A stretch of 64,000 nucleotides of DNA from Utricularia gibba. Taxonomy: Eukaryota; Plantae; Magnoliophyta. The notes under the pieces are model-generated. The model was not told the DNA's origin, ran no database searches, and was given only the letters and a program-made list of their open reading frames with translations. The DNA is taken from contig NEEC01000015.1 of NCBI GenBank assembly GCA_002189035.1, forward strand, positions 1,302,001 to 1,366,000, read 5' to 3'. The position numbers and the translations under genes are program-made. Below are positions 62,714 to 64,000 of the stretch, one piece after another. Numbering within the stretch: the first letter of the stretch is position 1; each line of letters opens with the position of its first letter.

Positions 62714-64000
62714 TTAAAAAATGCTGTCCCATATAGGGCTCAATGATGTGTCGTCGTCATTGGCAGTTTGTTCGTTTAGGAACACTGATCCGTTCCCGAA
62801 GAACATGTCTTCATCCAATCCTGGAAAAAGATGAAACACGCGGTTGTGAATCTTGAGTTACCGGATAAACAAAGTCATGCTAGAACATTTGGAATAGGAA
62901 GAATGCTTACCAAACTCAAGGTTTTCAGGGCAGAAGCCTTCAAGTAGATCTAAATAGTCATCTCCGGCGGCCGCAATAGCGTTTAGTTCCTCTTCGGTGG
63001 AATATTGCCAAGCAGGCTGAGTTGCCCCTGGGACATTGTTGTCGTTCACTGGAAGATTTTCAGGTTGTGATGCTGCCGAGACAGGCTCTGGATGAACATT
63101 TTGTTCTGCGGGTATGGGGACGGAGGGAATGGGTGTGTTCAAGGTGAAGTCTTGAGGCTGTTGGTTGACCTCCGGAACGTCATGAAGCTCGGAGGAGACA
63201 GGCGCTGGATAAACATTTTGTTCTGCGGGTATGGGGACGGAGGGAATGGGTGTGTTCAAGGTGAAGTCTTGAGGCTGTTGGTTGACCTCCGGGACATGAT
63301 GAAGCTCGGAGAAGACAGGCGCTGGATGAGCATTTTGTTCTGCGAGTATGGGGACGGAGGGCATGGGTGTGTTGAAGGTGAAGTCTTGAGGCTGTGGGTT
63401 GACCTCGGGAACAACAGGAAGCTCGGAATTCTCCCGAGAGAGATAGGGCAGAATGGCAGCTCCGATTCCTGGATCCGGAGGAGATGCTTCGAGAGAAGTA
63501 GTCCATGGGAATTGCTGGGAAGGACCAGCGGATGATGAATAAAATACAGTAAGGTCCATTGGGGCTTGAGCTGATGGAAGATAAGGTGACTTGGGGTTAA
63601 TGGAGACTTCCAAAGGAGATGACTGGAGATCAGTAGTCCATGAGAGTTTCTGAGAAGGACCAGTGGATGATAAATGATGTAAATTAGGGTCGATCGGGGC
63701 TTGAGCTGATGGAATATAAGGTGATTTGGGGTTAATGGAGACTTGCAGAGGTGATGGCTGTGAAGGATAAGGTGATTTTTGGTTATTGGCAAGAATACTA
63801 CAACCGTTTTGATGATCGATCCACTGTTGCTGTGGCTGTTTTGATCCCATCTGCTGCCAGTGATTCTGTGGAAAAAAGACAGAACAAAAGCGTTTCAACC
63901 AGAGAAGTTGCCACCAGCTAAATAAGTAAAGAAGCATACCTGCAGATGACTCGCGAGCTCGTTCCTTGAAGGCCATGGTTTATTCAACTCAAATGCCTTC
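62714..64000 (-). CDS. 3' part of a probable C2H2 zinc-finger protein with Pro/Gln-rich internal repeats and an acidic tail; exons >64000-63940, 63865-62911, 62820-62714
   Basis: Canonical introns 63939-63866 (74 nt) and 62910-62821 (90 nt) join KAFELNKPWPSRNELASHLQ|NHWQQ... to ...PENLEF|GLDEDMFFGNGSVFLNEQTANDDDTSLSPIWDSIF-stop. W-x5-L-x2-H-x3-H matches the second half of a C2H2 finger; the Cys pair would lie outside the window. Confidence 0.6.
63074..63424 (-). repeat. Coding tandem repeat, 3 x 117 bp (39 aa)
   Basis: Marker TGAAGTCTTGAGGCTG at 63145, 63262, 63379; unit ELHxVPEVNQQPQDFTLNTPIPSVPIPAEQNVxPAPVSS. Confidence 0.95.
63485..63754 (-). repeat. Coding tandem repeat, 2 x 135 bp (45 aa)
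   Basis: Marker GGGGTTAATGGAGACTT at 63593 and 63728; unit SPLxVSINPKSPYxPSAQAPxD...GPSQxxxWTTxLxx. Confidence 0.9.

Noticed and set aside
63074-63754. Regular repeats as a CRISPR-like array; long plus-strand ORFs over them
   Set aside because: Head-to-tail in-frame coding repeats without spacers in a plant gene; the opposite-strand ORFs are by-products.
62858-63976. 372-aa single-exon ORF as a complete gene
   Set aside because: It reads through two canonical introns; the spliced model gives a motif-bearing N-terminal frame and an open acidic last exon.

Overview
Plant (angiosperm, probably eudicot) nuclear DNA with short (~70-110 nt) introns and AT-rich intergenic tracts. Gene order: 5' part of an NCED (runs off left end, -); ICR/RIP ROP interactor (+); a ~40-exon callose synthase of the CalS8/GSL4 type (+); class-3 lipase (+); two tandem polygalacturonases (+); GPAT1 (-); MEI2-like RRM protein (-); a decayed PILS2-like auxin-carrier pseudogene missed by the ORF track (+); TDY/group-D MAP kinase (+); PMD-like coiled-coil tail-anchored protein (+); PDF1 with an upstream L1 box (+); an uncharacterised alpha/beta-hydrolase (-) head-to-head with COQ3 (+); PLA1-IIdelta-like (-); and the 3' part of a repeat-rich, probable C2H2 zinc-finger gene (runs off right end, -). 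Most notable observations: (1) seven separate -1 frameshifts in five conserved genes, all in G/C homopolymers one base short, most likely an assembly artefact; (2) a genuine PILS2 pseudogene; (3) a miR165/166 target-mimic-like site in an unannotated tract; (4) three snRNA-type USE motifs between the polygalacturonases, one with U6-type USE-TATA spacing but no RNA behind it; (5) a hAT-type MITE with a perfect 8-bp target-site duplication. No prokaryotic-type systems (CRISPR etc.) and no clearly novel multi-gene system could be supported. All family assignments are from recalled motifs and hand translation, not from database searches.
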